A stretch of 64,000 bases of DNA, taken from an uncultured Lachnospiraceae bacterium (lineage in GTDB: Bacteria > Bacillota > Clostridia > Lachnospirales > Lachnospiraceae). The stretch spans positions 107,535 through 171,534 of the forward strand of contig CANRDO010000001.1 of assembly GCA_947629385.1 (NCBI GenBank). The letters are read 5' to 3'. The notes beneath the pieces were generated by a model, which saw only the letters and a list, made by a program, of their open reading frames with translations, had not been told where the DNA came from and made no database searches. Positions within the stretch are counted from its first letter, which is position 1, and each line of letters starts with the position of its first letter. Positions 1-9,597 of this stretch are shown piece by piece. The position numbers were made by a program, and so were the translations under genes.

Positions 1-1
1 G

Positions 2-301
2 TTTTTCAACGGAATCTCTCGGGACAGCGCGGATCAGCCCCTTTCGTGGCTCGAGAATCCTTACACGCAGGACAATCTCGCGTTTTCCCTGCAGCTGCAG
101 CTTGCGGCTGAGGAGCTCTATCCAGGATTTACGAGAAATATCTACCTGAAGGCGGAACGCTTCAACCTTCACTTGCGGCCGCGTTCGTTGTTGATCGAGG
201 CGGGCACACAGCTGAACACGGTGGAAGAAGAGCAGAATGCGATGCGGCCGATCGCGAAGCTGCTGCATCGGGTGCTGGACGCCACGCCAACCTCTGGGTG
301 A
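2..301 (+). CDS. spoIIP: stage II sporulation protein P, C-terminal fragment (5' end lies outside the window)
   Basis: My translation of frame 2 reads ...NPYTQDNLAFSLQLQLAAEELYPGFTRNIYLKAERFNLHLRPRSLLIEAGTQLNTVEEEQNAMRPIAKLL..., ending at TGA 299-301. This resembles the conserved SpoIIP C-terminus. spoIIP also lies upstream of lepA in Bacillus. Confidence 0.6.
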   Translation, partial: FFNGISRDSADQPLSWLENPYTQDNLAFSLQLQLAAEELYPGFTRNIYLKAERFNLHLRPRSLLIEAGTQLNTVEEEQNAMRPIAKLLHRVLDATPTSG

Positions 302-319
302 CTGCGCTGCCTGTCCTCC

Positions 320-1015
320 TCAGACAGGAGTCTTCATATAGCTCCGGGCGTCGCGCCCGGTATTGAAGATCAGATCCAGAATGGAGACGGCGTGCTCGAA
401 CGCCCCGAAGAGCTGTGGGTATTCCGGATAGCCGTCGTAGTTCATGTAGGTGAGCTTGATGCCCGCGTCCGCAAACAGGTTGTCCTCAATATAATCCTGC
501 GCGGCCGGGCCGGACAGATACTCCGTCCCTCCGCTGTCCTTTACGAGGCTTACCAGGCGCTCTGTCTTGCCGTCTGCCAGCGTGTAATCGGACGACCAGG
601 AGATTTTTGTATTGATGTCGAGAATGTCGCAGATCTCTGTGATGAAGAGATGGTTGATCTTGCTCAAATAGTCTTCTTCCTTGCATCTTTGGTAGAGATC
701 GTGGATCCGCTCCGCGTATTCCTTATAATGCGGCGCGTGCGCGTAATTGACCGAGATTGCCTTCCAGTGGGAGTCGCACCACTCGTGGTCGGAAACGCGG
801 GTCTCGTTGATCTTCTGATAGTATTTCCCTTTCGAATCGACCGGGATCGTCAGCCACTGGGTGCCCGCCTGTGTCTTGATCTTGTTCCGGTTGCGCCAGT
901 CGCGGCGCGTGTACTGCATATCATCGTATAATATGAATTCATCGACCAGTCCGATCAAGTCAAAATAACCCTTCCACGGAATATAGTTCGACTGTAATAT
1001 GGCGACCTTCTTCAA
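320..1015 (-). CDS. WbqC-like family protein (polysaccharide-biosynthesis associated, exact function unknown)
   Basis: 231 aa. The N-terminus MKKVAILQSNYIPWKGYFDLI...YDDMQYTRRDWRNRNKIKT is typical of the WbqC family. TTG start at 1013-1015 lies 5 nt after GGAGGAG. The gene is divergent from the ATP-grasp operon. Confidence 0.7.
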   Translation of the reverse strand: MKKVAILQSNYIPWKGYFDLIGLVDEFILYDDMQYTRRDWRNRNKIKTQAGTQWLTIPVDSKGKYYQKINETRVSDHEWCDSHWKAISVNYAHAPHYKEYAERIHDLYQRCKEEDYLSKINHLFITEICDILDINTKISWSSDYTLADGKTERLVSLVKDSGGTEYLSGPAAQDYIEDNLFADAGIKLTYMNYDGYPEYPQLFGAFEHAVSILDLIFNTGRDARSYMKTPV

Positions 1016-1192
1016 AAGAGACTCCTCCTATCCCTTGATTTCTCCGCTATTATATACTAGCCAGCCACAAAAGAAAAGCATTGAGTTTTCAAAGTAATAA
1101 TGATATAATCGCGAAAGAGATTATATAGATGATATATCGGCGCCGGTTCGGTGCCGTCGCGGCTTATAAAAGAAGGACAAGAGTGGAACGCC

Positions 1193-2389
1193 ATGCATAA
1201 GATCATGATTCTTGGAGCCTCGTACTCGCTGGTTCCGCTTATCCAGGCGGCCAGGCGTCTTGGCTGTTATACGATCGCAACCAGTATTCCCGGTGATTAT
1301 CCGGGATTTTCTGTAGCGGATGAAAGCTGCTTCTGCGACATCACGAAGCCGGAGGAGATCCTGGAGGCGGCGCGAAACAATCAGATCGACGGTATCGCGA
1401 CCTGCTGCATGGATGTAGGGCTTCGCAGCCAGGGCTACGTCGCGTCGATGCTCGGCTTGCCGGGGCCGACGTGGGAGGGCGTGCAGATCTGCACGGACAA
1501 ATCACGTATGAAGGAAGCCTTCCGGAAGGGGCAGGTGAACACTGCGGCTTATCTGAAGGTTCGCAGCCGGGAGGAGCTGGAGAAGGCCTGCGAGACGCTT
1601 CGTTTTCCCGTGATGATCAAGGCGGTCGACCAGATGGGCGGGCGCGGGATGTCCCGCTGTGATACGAAAGAGGCTCTTTTAAAGGCGTATCAGTCGACGA
1701 TGGCTGCGACCGGCAAGGACTATTGCATCGTGGAGGAATTTCTGAACGGCACGGTGTTCGGCGTGGAGGCTTTGGTGGAGCAGGGAGAGCTGGCCTGCTT
1801 CCTGCCGGTTGGAAATGACCCGAACCGACGGAATCCGTTTTTCCATATGGGGCATTGGGCGCCCTGCGTGGAGCTGCAGCCGTATGAGGACAAGATACGG
1901 GAGCAGGTTGAGCGTGTGATCCGCGTTTACGGCGCAGTCAGCAATCCCATGGATTTCGATATGATGCTGATGGACGGAGAGGTCTATGTGATCGAGGCGA
2001 CGATGCGCGCCGGGGCGTCCTGCCTTCCGGAGCTTATGGGCATTCATTTTGGCGTCAATTATTATGAGATGCTGATCCGCCTGTGCCTGGGGGAGAGCGT
2101 GAGCCCTTACTTTCAGCGGTCTCGCGAAGAGCGCACCCCTGTGATCGTAAGGCAGCTGGAGGCGAAAAAAGCCGGGATCGTTGAAGAGGTGATACCGGGG
2201 ACAAAGGTGGGCGGCAATCTGACCGATCTGTCGTTTAACATCCACAAGGGGGACAGGGTTCGCCCGATGGAGAGCGGCAGGGACAGGATCGGTCAGGCGA
2301 TTGTGAAGGGCGATACCATGGAGAGCTGCGAGGCGCTTCTGGCGGAGGTGCTGGAAAGGATTCAGGTAAAGGTAAAAGATGGAGACTGA
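1193..2389 (+). CDS. ATP-grasp domain ligase (substrate unknown)
   Basis: MHKIMILGASY... is followed by the ATP-grasp core FPVMIKAVDQMGGRGMSRC ... IVEEFLNGTVFGVEAL. I prefer ATG 1193 over the upstream GTG 1151. The 3' end overlaps the next ORF by 11 nt. Confidence 0.75.
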   Translation: MHKIMILGASYSLVPLIQAARRLGCYTIATSIPGDYPGFSVADESCFCDITKPEEILEAARNNQIDGIATCCMDVGLRSQGYVASMLGLPGPTWEGVQICTDKSRMKEAFRKGQVNTAAYLKVRSREELEKACETLRFPVMIKAVDQMGGRGMSRCDTKEALLKAYQSTMAATGKDYCIVEEFLNGTVFGVEALVEQGELACFLPVGNDPNRRNPFFHMGHWAPCVELQPYEDKIREQVERVIRVYGAVSNPMDFDMMLMDGEVYVIEATMRAGASCLPELMGIHFGVNYYEMLIRLCLGESVSPYFQRSREERTPVIVRQLEAKKAGIVEEVIPGTKVGGNLTDLSFNIHKGDRVRPMESGRDRIGQAIVKGDTMESCEALLAEVLERIQVKVKDGD

Positions 2390-2738
2390 GAAGAGACGGA
2401 AGCTGCCCTTGATCTTTCTGCTGCTTCACGCCAGCCTGCTGTTCAATTCCTTAAGCGGCGTGACCTCCAAGATGGCGGCAAATGAATATGTGCTGTCCGG
2501 CCCCTGGCTCTTTTTTTTCGGGCTGACGCTGCTGATCATGTTTATCTATGCGATCGTATGGCAGCAGATCCTGAAGCGTCTGCCGCTGTCGGTGGCCTAT
2601 GCGAATAAGCCGGTCGGGCTGGTCTGGGCGATGGTCTGGGGTGCGTTTATCTTCGGGGAAAGGATTACCTGGAAAATGATCGTGGGAGCAGCGATCATAT
2701 TTGTCGGGATCTGTGTGGTGGTGACGGCGGATGAATAG
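2379..2738 (+). CDS. half-size EamA/SMR-like 4-TM membrane protein (ArnE/ArnF-like putative lipid-linked sugar flippase subunit)
   Basis: 119 aa and hydrophobic. EamA-type C-terminus ...GERITWKMIVGAAIIFVGICVV. Overlaps both neighbouring genes, consistent with translational coupling. Confidence 0.6.
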   Translation: METEKRRKLPLIFLLLHASLLFNSLSGVTSKMAANEYVLSGPWLFFFGLTLLIMFIYAIVWQQILKRLPLSVAYANKPVGLVWAMVWGAFIFGERITWKMIVGAAIIFVGICVVVTADE

Positions 2739-3075
2739 TGTGTGGCTGTATGTGGGGATCTATCTTTGTTCCGTGTTTGTCGCGTCCTTGTCGCAAATCC
2801 TTCTGAAGACGGCGGCGAATCGGGATTATCCGAATAAAATAAAGGAATACCTGAACCGCTATGTACTCGCGGGCTACGCGCTGCTGTTCGTGTCTATGCT
2901 GCTCACCATGACGGCGCTGAAAAAGGTGCCGCTCTCGTGGTCGAACGTGATTGAGTCAACGGGATATTTCTTTGTGTTTGTGATGGGCTATCTGATCCTC
3001 AAAGAGCGCTTTTCCAAGCGGAAGATCGTGGGGATCCTGATCATTTTTGCCGGGATTGCGGTATTCATATGGTAG
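2731..3075 (+). CDS. half-size EamA/SMR-like 4-TM membrane protein, second subunit
   Basis: 114 aa and a paralogue-like partner of the previous ORF (...LKERFSKRKIVGILIIFAGIAVFIW). Its start overlaps the upstream stop by 8 nt. Confidence 0.6.
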   Translation: MNSVWLYVGIYLCSVFVASLSQILLKTAANRDYPNKIKEYLNRYVLAGYALLFVSMLLTMTALKKVPLSWSNVIESTGYFFVFVMGYLILKERFSKRKIVGILIIFAGIAVFIW

Positions 3076-3087
3076 AAAGGGAAAAAT

Positions 3088-4008
3088 ATGCTTTTGTCTA
3101 TTGTGATTCCTTGCTACAACTCCGAAAAGACAATACGCAAGGTCGTGGAGCTGTGCATGGAAGTGGTCGGTAAAATCGAAGATCTGGACTGCGAGTTCGT
3201 GCTCGTCAATGATTTCTCGCGCGATGGCACGCGCGACGCGATCTGGCGGCTCGCGAAGGACTATCCGAACGTGAAGGGGATCAGCCTTGCGAAAAATTTC
3301 GGACAGCACAACGCGATCATGGCGGGGCTGCACGAGGCGGGCGGAGATTATGTCATGGGGATGGACGACGATCTGCAGACGCATCCGTCGCAGATTCCGG
3401 TTTTCATCGAGAAGATGCGTGAGGGCTATGACGTTGTCTTTGGCGTTTTCAAAAAGAGAAAATTCAATTTTGTGAAAAATCTGATGAGCAAGATCGCGTC
3501 GTTCATCATGTGGCATATGGTAGACCGCCCGAAGGGGCTGGAGGCGAGCAATTTCTGGTGTTGCAGCAAATATGTCCGGGACGAGCTTGTGAAGTACGAC
3601 GGCTACAATCTGTATCTGCAGATCTTGTTCTACCGCACGACGGGAAATATCGCGAACATAGAGATCGAGCATTTTTCGCGCGAGGAAGGGACGTCGAACT
3701 ACAATTTCAGGAAATCACTCAAGCTGTTCATGACGTTTCTGAACTATACGGTGGTTCCGCTGCGCATGGCGACGATCATGGGATCGCTGCTCTCGGCGAC
3801 AGGCTTCATCGCGACGGTGGTCGTGTTCATCCGGAAGCTTCTGGATCCGGAGATCACGATCGGATGGTCGTCTCTCATGTGTGTGATCATGCTGTTGTTC
3901 GGCTTCGCCTTTTTGATCCTGGGCATCATAGGAGAATACATTGGGAAGCTGATTCTGAATATCAATAAGACGCCTCAGTACGTGGTCAGGGAAAAGATCA
4001 ATACATAA
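3088..4008 (+). CDS. GT2 polyprenol-phosphate glycosyltransferase (GtrB/ArnC/CsbB-like)
   Basis: [14 protein letters not shown]..., [22 protein letters not shown] and a DDDLQ (DXD) motif, plus two C-terminal TM helices. This is the typical GtrB/ArnC architecture. Confidence 0.8.
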   Translation: MLLSIVIPCYNSEKTIRKVVELCMEVVGKIEDLDCEFVLVNDFSRDGTRDAIWRLAKDYPNVKGISLAKNFGQHNAIMAGLHEAGGDYVMGMDDDLQTHPSQIPVFIEKMREGYDVVFGVFKKRKFNFVKNLMSKIASFIMWHMVDRPKGLEASNFWCCSKYVRDELVKYDGYNLYLQILFYRTTGNIANIEIEHFSREEGTSNYNFRKSLKLFMTFLNYTVVPLRMATIMGSLLSATGFIATVVVFIRKLLDPEITIGWSSLMCVIMLLFGFAFLILGIIGEYIGKLILNINKTPQYVVREKINT

Positions 4009-4048
4009 GCTGCATGGCACAGAGAGGCGGCTGACAGGAGGAACACAG

Positions 4049-5860
4049 GTGGCTATCAGTCAGGATAAGATCAGAAATTTTTGTATCATCGCGCACATCG
4101 ATCACGGCAAGTCGACGCTGGCAGACCGCATCATCGAGATGACGGGACTTTTGACGAGCCGCGAGATGCAGAATCAGGTGCTCGACAACATGGATCTGGA
4201 GCGTGAGCGCGGCATCACGATCAAGTCGCAGGCGGTGCGGCTGATCTACAAGGCGGACGACGGGGAGGAGTACATCTTCAACCTGATCGATACGCCGGGC
4301 CATGTCGATTTCAATTACGAGGTGTCGAGAAGCCTGGCGGCCTGCGACGGGGCGGTGCTCGTCGTGGACGCGGCGCAGGGCATCGAGGCGCAGACGCTCG
4401 CGAACGTCTATCTGGCGCTCGACCACGATCTGGACGTCATGCCGGTCATCAACAAGATCGACCTGCCGAGCGCGGACCCGGAGCGCGTGGTCCACGAAAT
4501 CGAGGACGTCATTGGCATCGAGGCGGAGGACGCCCCGAGGATCTCCGCGAAGACCGGGCAGAACGTCGAGGATGTACTGCGCAAGATTGTCGAGAAGATC
4601 CCGGCTCCTCAGGGGGATCCGGATGCGCCGCTGCAGGCGCTGATCTTTGATTCGGTCTACGATTCTTATAAGGGCGTGATCATCTTCGTGCGCATCATGC
4701 ACGGCACGGTCCGGAAAGGCACGCCGATCCGCATGATGGCGACGGGCGCGCAGGCCGAGGTCGTCGAGGCGGGCTATTTCGGCGCGGGGCAGTTTATTCC
4801 CTGCGAGGAGCTGAGCGCGGGCATGGTCGGCTACCTGACCGCCAGCTTGAAGAATGTGAAGGACACGCGCGTCGGCGACACGGTGACGAACGCGGAGAAC
4901 CCCTGCGCCGAGCCGCTGCCGGGCTACAAGAAGGTGAACCCGATGGTGTTCTGCGGCATGTATCCGGCAGACGGGGCAAAGTACCCGGATCTGCGGGACG
5001 CGCTGGAGAAGCTGCAGCTCAACGACGCTTCTTTGCAGTTCGAGCCGGAGACCTCCGTGGCGCTGGGCTTCGGTTTCCGCTGCGGCTTCCTGGGGCTTTT
5101 GCATCTGGAGATCATTCAGGAGCGGCTGGAGCGGGAGTACAATCTCGACCTCGTGACGACGGCGCCGAGCGTAATCTATAAGGTACACAAGACGAACGGA
5201 GAGGTCGTCGACCTGACGAACCCGACGAACCTGCCGGATCCGTCCGAGATTGAATACATGGAGGAGCCGGTGGTGGCGGCCGAGGTCATGGTGACGACCG
5301 AGTACATCGGTCCGATCATGGAGCTCTGCCAGGAGCGGCGCGGCATCTACGAGGGTATGGAGTACATCGAGGAGACGAGGGCGCTTTTGAAATACACGCT
5401 TCCGCTCAACGAGATCATCTACGATTTCTTCGACGCGCTGAAGTCGCGCTCGCGCGGGTACGCGTCGTTCGACTACGATATGAAGGGCTACATGCGCTCC
5501 GAGCTCGTGAAGCTTGACATTCTCGTAAACCACGAGGAGGTCGACGCGCTCTCGTTCATCGTGCACGGCGAGACGGCCTACGAGAGAGGGCGGAAGATGT
5601 GCGAGAAGCTGAAGCAGGAGATTCCGCGCCAGCTTTTCGAGATCCCGATCCAGGCCGCGATCGGCAGCAAGATCATCGCGCGCGAGACCGTCAAGGCGAT
5701 GCGCAAGGATGTGCTCGCGAAGTGCTATGGCGGCGACATCACGCGGAAGAAAAAGCTGCTGGAGAAGCAGAAGGAAGGCAAGAAGCGCATGCGCCAGGTA
5801 GGCAATGTGGAAATCCCGCAGAAGGCGTTCATGAGCGTGCTGAAGCTGGACGACAAGTGA
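4049..5860 (+). CDS. lepA: elongation factor 4 (LepA)
   Basis: 603 aa, [36 protein letters not shown] start. Confidence 0.97.
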   Translation: MAISQDKIRNFCIIAHIDHGKSTLADRIIEMTGLLTSREMQNQVLDNMDLERERGITIKSQAVRLIYKADDGEEYIFNLIDTPGHVDFNYEVSRSLAACDGAVLVVDAAQGIEAQTLANVYLALDHDLDVMPVINKIDLPSADPERVVHEIEDVIGIEAEDAPRISAKTGQNVEDVLRKIVEKIPAPQGDPDAPLQALIFDSVYDSYKGVIIFVRIMHGTVRKGTPIRMMATGAQAEVVEAGYFGAGQFIPCEELSAGMVGYLTASLKNVKDTRVGDTVTNAENPCAEPLPGYKKVNPMVFCGMYPADGAKYPDLRDALEKLQLNDASLQFEPETSVALGFGFRCGFLGLLHLEIIQERLEREYNLDLVTTAPSVIYKVHKTNGEVVDLTNPTNLPDPSEIEYMEEPVVAAEVMVTTEYIGPIMELCQERRGIYEGMEYIEETRALLKYTLPLNEIIYDFFDALKSRSRGYASFDYDMKGYMRSELVKLDILVNHEEVDALSFIVHGETAYERGRKMCEKLKQEIPRQLFEIPIQAAIGSKIIARETVKAMRKDVLAKCYGGDITRKKKLLEKQKEGKKRMRQVGNVEIPQKAFMSVLKLDDK

Positions 5861-6016
5861 GAAGAATGAGCAGAAAGATGAAAGGCTGGATCGGACAAAA
5901 CAGATAAGCAAGACGGATAGAACAAACCGGAGAAAACAAGACGGATCAGACAAGACAGGGACTGTTGCGAAGGATACTTAAACGTGTGCTTTGCGGCGGT
6001 CCTTTTTTGCTTGAAA

Positions 6017-6054
6017 GAAAATTCTGCCCGAAATAAGAAGCAGAATTTTCTTTT
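6017..6054 (+). terminator. rho-independent terminator after lepA
   Basis: An 11-bp perfect stem (gaaaattctgc 6017-6027 with gcagaattttc 6040-6050) followed by TTTT. Confidence 0.75.
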
Positions 6055-6156
6055 GTGCATAATGCACATAAAAAACCTGAGAAAACGATCTGGCAGGGCG
6101 AAATACAAATAATTTAAGTTAAAGCTACTGAAAACGGAAAATTTAATCTAACTTTA

Positions 6157-6185
6157 TTGACTGAATAAAGTAACGATGATATATT
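6157..6185 (+). promoter_or_regulatory. sigma-A type promoter of the mannan-utilisation operon
   Basis: TTGACT (6157-6162), 17-nt spacer, TATATT (6180-6185). It lies 41 nt upstream of the SBP start codon. Confidence 0.5.
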
Positions 6186-6226
6186 GATATAGACCAATTT
6201 TAATAAAAAAGAATGGAGGTACCACT

Positions 6227-7582
6227 ATGAAACTGAAAAAGATGTTGGCGTTGGGCCTGGCTGCATCGATGGTTCTTTCCCTTCCGGTGGCAGTATCTGC
6301 CGATGAGGGCGGCGTACCGGGATATGTGGACATCACGCTGGGCGAGGATTACACGGATCTGACCGCTACGATCAAATTTATCCATCATAAGACCGACCGT
6401 GAAGAGGACGGCACGATGGCTTCTCTGATCGCTGCGTTCAACGAAGTGTATCCGAACATTACGGTTGAGACCGAGGGCGTTACGGACTACGCTGAGGATT
6501 CCCTGCTTCGTCTTTCCACAGGCGACTGGGGCGACATCATGTTCATCCCGGCGGTCGACAAGGCTGATCTTCCGACCTACTTTGTACCGTACGGCACGGT
6601 GGAAGAGATGAACGAGGTTGTGAACTTCGCGGATGCATGGGCTTGCGACGGCAACTGCTACGGCATCGGCTACATGGCAAATGCGCAGGGTCTCGTTTAC
6701 AACAAGAAGGTATTCGCGGATGCAGGCATCACCGAGCTTCCGAAGACTCCGGACGAGTTCATCGCGGCTCTTCAGGCGATCAAGGACAACACGGACGCGA
6801 TCCCGCTTTACACGAACTATGCGGCAGGATGGACCATGGGTGCATGGGACGCTTACATAGGCATCGTGTCGAACGGCGACGACACCTACATGAACCAGAA
6901 GTTCGTGCATGATCCGGCTCCGTTTGAGGATCACGGCGACGGCACAGGCGCGTACGCAGTTTACAAGATTCTCTACGACGCAGTCGCGAACGGCCTCATC
7001 GAGGACGACTACACCACGACTGACTGGGAAGGCTGCAAGGGCATGATCAACCGCGGTGAGATCGGCTGCATGGCTCTCGGCTCCTGGGCGTACATCCAGA
7101 TGGTACAGGCCGGTGAGAACGGCGACGACATCGCTTACATGCCGTTCCCGATCACGGTAGACGGCACGCAGTATGCTTCCGTAGGCCCTGACTACAACTT
7201 CGCGATCAATGTGAACAGCTCCGACGACAACAAGACGGCTGCCATGGTATTCATTAAGTGGATGACCGAGGAGTCCGGATGGTGCTGTGACATTGAGGGC
7301 GGTTACCCGGTATCCAAGACGCAGGATACGCCGGCTTCGTACGAAGCGTTCAACGGCTGCACGCTGTTGTCTGACGTCGCTGCGATCGAAGGCGAGGAGA
7401 GCTTCCTGAACGACATGAACAGTGAGTCTGAGCTTTCCTTCAACGCAGGCGGAAACGCGAAGGTTCAGCAGATCGTAGAGGCTGCGTTCACGGGCAGCGA
7501 GAGCTTTGACGATATCATGGCAGACTGGACGACTGCATGGAACGACGCGCAGGAGAGCCTTGGTATTGAAGTAGCAGAATAA
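6227..7582 (+). CDS. ABC transporter extracellular solute-binding protein (family 1, oligosaccharide)
   Basis: 451 aa with an N-terminal signal peptide (MKLKKMLALGLAASMVLSL). Followed by two MalF/MalG-type permeases. RBS GGAGG. Confidence 0.85.
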   Translation: MKLKKMLALGLAASMVLSLPVAVSADEGGVPGYVDITLGEDYTDLTATIKFIHHKTDREEDGTMASLIAAFNEVYPNITVETEGVTDYAEDSLLRLSTGDWGDIMFIPAVDKADLPTYFVPYGTVEEMNEVVNFADAWACDGNCYGIGYMANAQGLVYNKKVFADAGITELPKTPDEFIAALQAIKDNTDAIPLYTNYAAGWTMGAWDAYIGIVSNGDDTYMNQKFVHDPAPFEDHGDGTGAYAVYKILYDAVANGLIEDDYTTTDWEGCKGMINRGEIGCMALGSWAYIQMVQAGENGDDIAYMPFPITVDGTQYASVGPDYNFAINVNSSDDNKTAAMVFIKWMTEESGWCCDIEGGYPVSKTQDTPASYEAFNGCTLLSDVAAIEGEESFLNDMNSESELSFNAGGNAKVQQIVEAAFTGSESFDDIMADWTTAWNDAQESLGIEVAE

Positions 7583-7619
7583 GATTTGCATACGCGGCAA
7601 CGCGGCATAATTTGACGGA

Positions 7620-7648
7620 GGGGCTGGAGCAGATTCAGCCCCTTTGTT
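7620..7648 (+). terminator. intra-operon stem-loop / partial terminator after the SBP gene
   Basis: ggggctg (7620-7626) pairs with cagcccc (7636-7642), followed by TTTGTTT. Confidence 0.5.
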
Positions 7649-7669
7649 TATAGAAAGAGGGGGATTCGG

Positions 7670-8677
7670 ATGAACACAAAAGCAGCGAAAAAGAGACGGC
7701 CGTTCAGCGTGTGGATCAAAAGCAGGGACGGTCAGAAGGTTCTGGTGATGCTCTCGTTTATGATCATTCCGCTTTTGTTGCTGTTTGTCTTTACCTATCT
7801 TCCGTTCGGGGAGATGTTCGGCTTTAGCTTTTACAAGATGAAATACACCGGCACGCGCAAATTTGTGGGCTGGGACAATTACCTGAAGGTATTTGAGCGC
7901 AAGGACTGTTTCGGCGCGCTGAAGCTGAGCCTGTACTACATGCTCGGCTCGATCATACAGCTTGTGCTCGCGCTGTATCTTGCCACGATCTTAAGCTTCA
8001 AGGTAAAGGGAGGAAAGATCTTCAAGGGATTCATGTTCTTCCCGTATCTGATCAATGGTATCGCCATCGGTTTTATCTTTAAATTCTTCTACACCAGAGG
8101 TTTCGTTTTTGATACCGTGCTTCAGTGGTGCGGTTTTAATCTGGATAACCTTCCGTACTGGCTGCGAGACCAGAGGATCAACAACTTCTCGCTGGTGGGA
8201 ACCTCCATCTGGCGCTATTTCGGACAGAACATGGTGCTTTTCATCGGCGCGATCATGTCGGTGGATTCCAGCCTGTACGAGTCGGCGATGCTCGACGGGG
8301 CGAATAAGTTCCAGCAGTTTATGTACATTATCCTTCCGAGCATCCGTACGATCGTCATGCTGAACGTGATCCTGTCGATCACCGGTTCTCTGAGCGCTTT
8401 CGAACCGCCATACGTCATCACGAGCGGCGCGAACGGGACGGGTACGTACTTCGTGGTCATGCATGAGATCGCGCACACGCAGCAGAAGGTAGGTCTTGCC
8501 TCGGCGATGGCGATTGTGCTGCTGATCATTATCATTATCGCGACCGTGCTTCAGAAGCTGTTCTTCAAGTATGTGTTCCGGGATGCCGAGGACGACGATC
8601 CGAAGGCAGGCATCCGCAGGGAAAAGAAACTTGCAAGACTGGCAAAGAGAACGGCCAGAGCAGCGGAAGGACGGTGA
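7670..8677 (+). CDS. sugar ABC transporter permease (MalF-type)
   Basis: 335 aa, multi-TM. EAA-like loop SLYESAMLDGANKFQQFMYIILPSIR. Confidence 0.85.
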   Translation: MNTKAAKKRRPFSVWIKSRDGQKVLVMLSFMIIPLLLLFVFTYLPFGEMFGFSFYKMKYTGTRKFVGWDNYLKVFERKDCFGALKLSLYYMLGSIIQLVLALYLATILSFKVKGGKIFKGFMFFPYLINGIAIGFIFKFFYTRGFVFDTVLQWCGFNLDNLPYWLRDQRINNFSLVGTSIWRYFGQNMVLFIGAIMSVDSSLYESAMLDGANKFQQFMYIILPSIRTIVMLNVILSITGSLSAFEPPYVITSGANGTGTYFVVMHEIAHTQQKVGLASAMAIVLLIIIIIATVLQKLFFKYVFRDAEDDDPKAGIRREKKLARLAKRTARAAEGR

Positions 8678-8683
8678 CAGATT

Positions 8684-9532
8684 ATGAGAACGATCGATTA
8701 TGTAAAAAGAGGATTTCTTGCTTTTCTGAAATATTTGTCGCTGGCGTTCTTCGCGTTCGTCGCGGTGATTCCGGTCGTATCCTGCGTGATCACGGCGTTT
8801 AAGACCGACACGGAGTACCAGCAGACAAACGTGATGACGCTCCCGAAGAACTGGCTGAATTTTGACAATTTCATCCAGGCGTTCCAGAAAGCGAACATGA
8901 GCAGGGCGTTTTTCAACTCGACGCTCATCCTGATCTGCGTGCTGATCGCGTCGGTATTTATCGGTACGCAGCTGGCCTATGTGCTGAATCGTTTCAAGTT
9001 CCCGGGAAACAACCTGATCCGCAATCTCTTCCTGTTCGCGTCGCTGCTTCCGGGCGTCGCCATGCAGGTATCGTTGTATGAGATTATGTACAATTTGGGC
9101 TTTATCAATTCCCTGATCGGGTATATAATCGTCATGTGCGGGACGGACGTCATATCGATCTATATCTACATACAGTTCTTTGAGAACATCGATATCTCGC
9201 TGGACGAGTCGGCGATCGTGGACGGCGCGAATTATTTCACGATCTTTTACAAGATTCATCTGCCGCTCTTAAAACCGGCGATCGTGACTTCCTGTATTTT
9301 GAAGGGCGTCGGTACCTACAACGAATACTACATGGCGAATCTGTATCTGCAGGATAAGAAGCTGTATCCGACGGTGGCTACATCGCTGTACACCTTTGTC
9401 GGCCCGTTGGGCAGCAAGTACAATCTGATCTGTGCGGGCGTGATCATCTCTCTGCTTCCGGCGCTGATCCTGTTCATTCTGTGTCAGGATCAGATCTACA
9501 GCGGACTGACGGCGGGAGCTGTGAAGGGCTGA
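8684..9532 (+). CDS. sugar ABC transporter permease (MalG-type)
   Basis: 282 aa. EAA loop LDESAIVDGANYFTIFYKIHLPLLKP. Confidence 0.85.
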   Translation: MRTIDYVKRGFLAFLKYLSLAFFAFVAVIPVVSCVITAFKTDTEYQQTNVMTLPKNWLNFDNFIQAFQKANMSRAFFNSTLILICVLIASVFIGTQLAYVLNRFKFPGNNLIRNLFLFASLLPGVAMQVSLYEIMYNLGFINSLIGYIIVMCGTDVISIYIYIQFFENIDISLDESAIVDGANYFTIFYKIHLPLLKPAIVTSCILKGVGTYNEYYMANLYLQDKKLYPTVATSLYTFVGPLGSKYNLICAGVIISLLPALILFILCQDQIYSGLTAGAVKG

Positions 9533-9597
9533 GTATATCATATTGTCCGGCCGGTTTGCATATCGGCCGGGCAGGACGATGAGACGGGAGGAATACC

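Noticed and set aside
1151-1192. GTG 1151 as the start of the ATP-grasp gene (and similar upstream starts at 15128, 20143, 25197, 26262, 30790, 32996, 46429, 54166, 55144, 56087 and 57827)
   Set aside because: In each case an internal ATG preceded by a better Shine-Dalgarno sequence coincides with the conserved family N-terminus. The longer versions add non-homologous residues or overlap regulatory sites.
3998-5953. 651-aa ORF on the minus strand, antisense to lepA
   Set aside because: It lies exactly opposite a well-supported conserved gene. Its Arg/Leu/His/Asp-rich low-complexity composition is typical of shadow ORFs in high-GC DNA, and it has no recognisable motif.
6054-6068. Perfect 7-1-7 palindrome TGTGCAT-A-ATGCACA as a LacI-type operator of the mannan locus
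   Set aside because: It sits about 90 bp upstream of the -35 box, directly on the lepA terminator T-tract. It has odd symmetry, lacks the central CG typical of LacI/CcpA sites, and I found no second copy in the locus. It may just extend the terminator structure.
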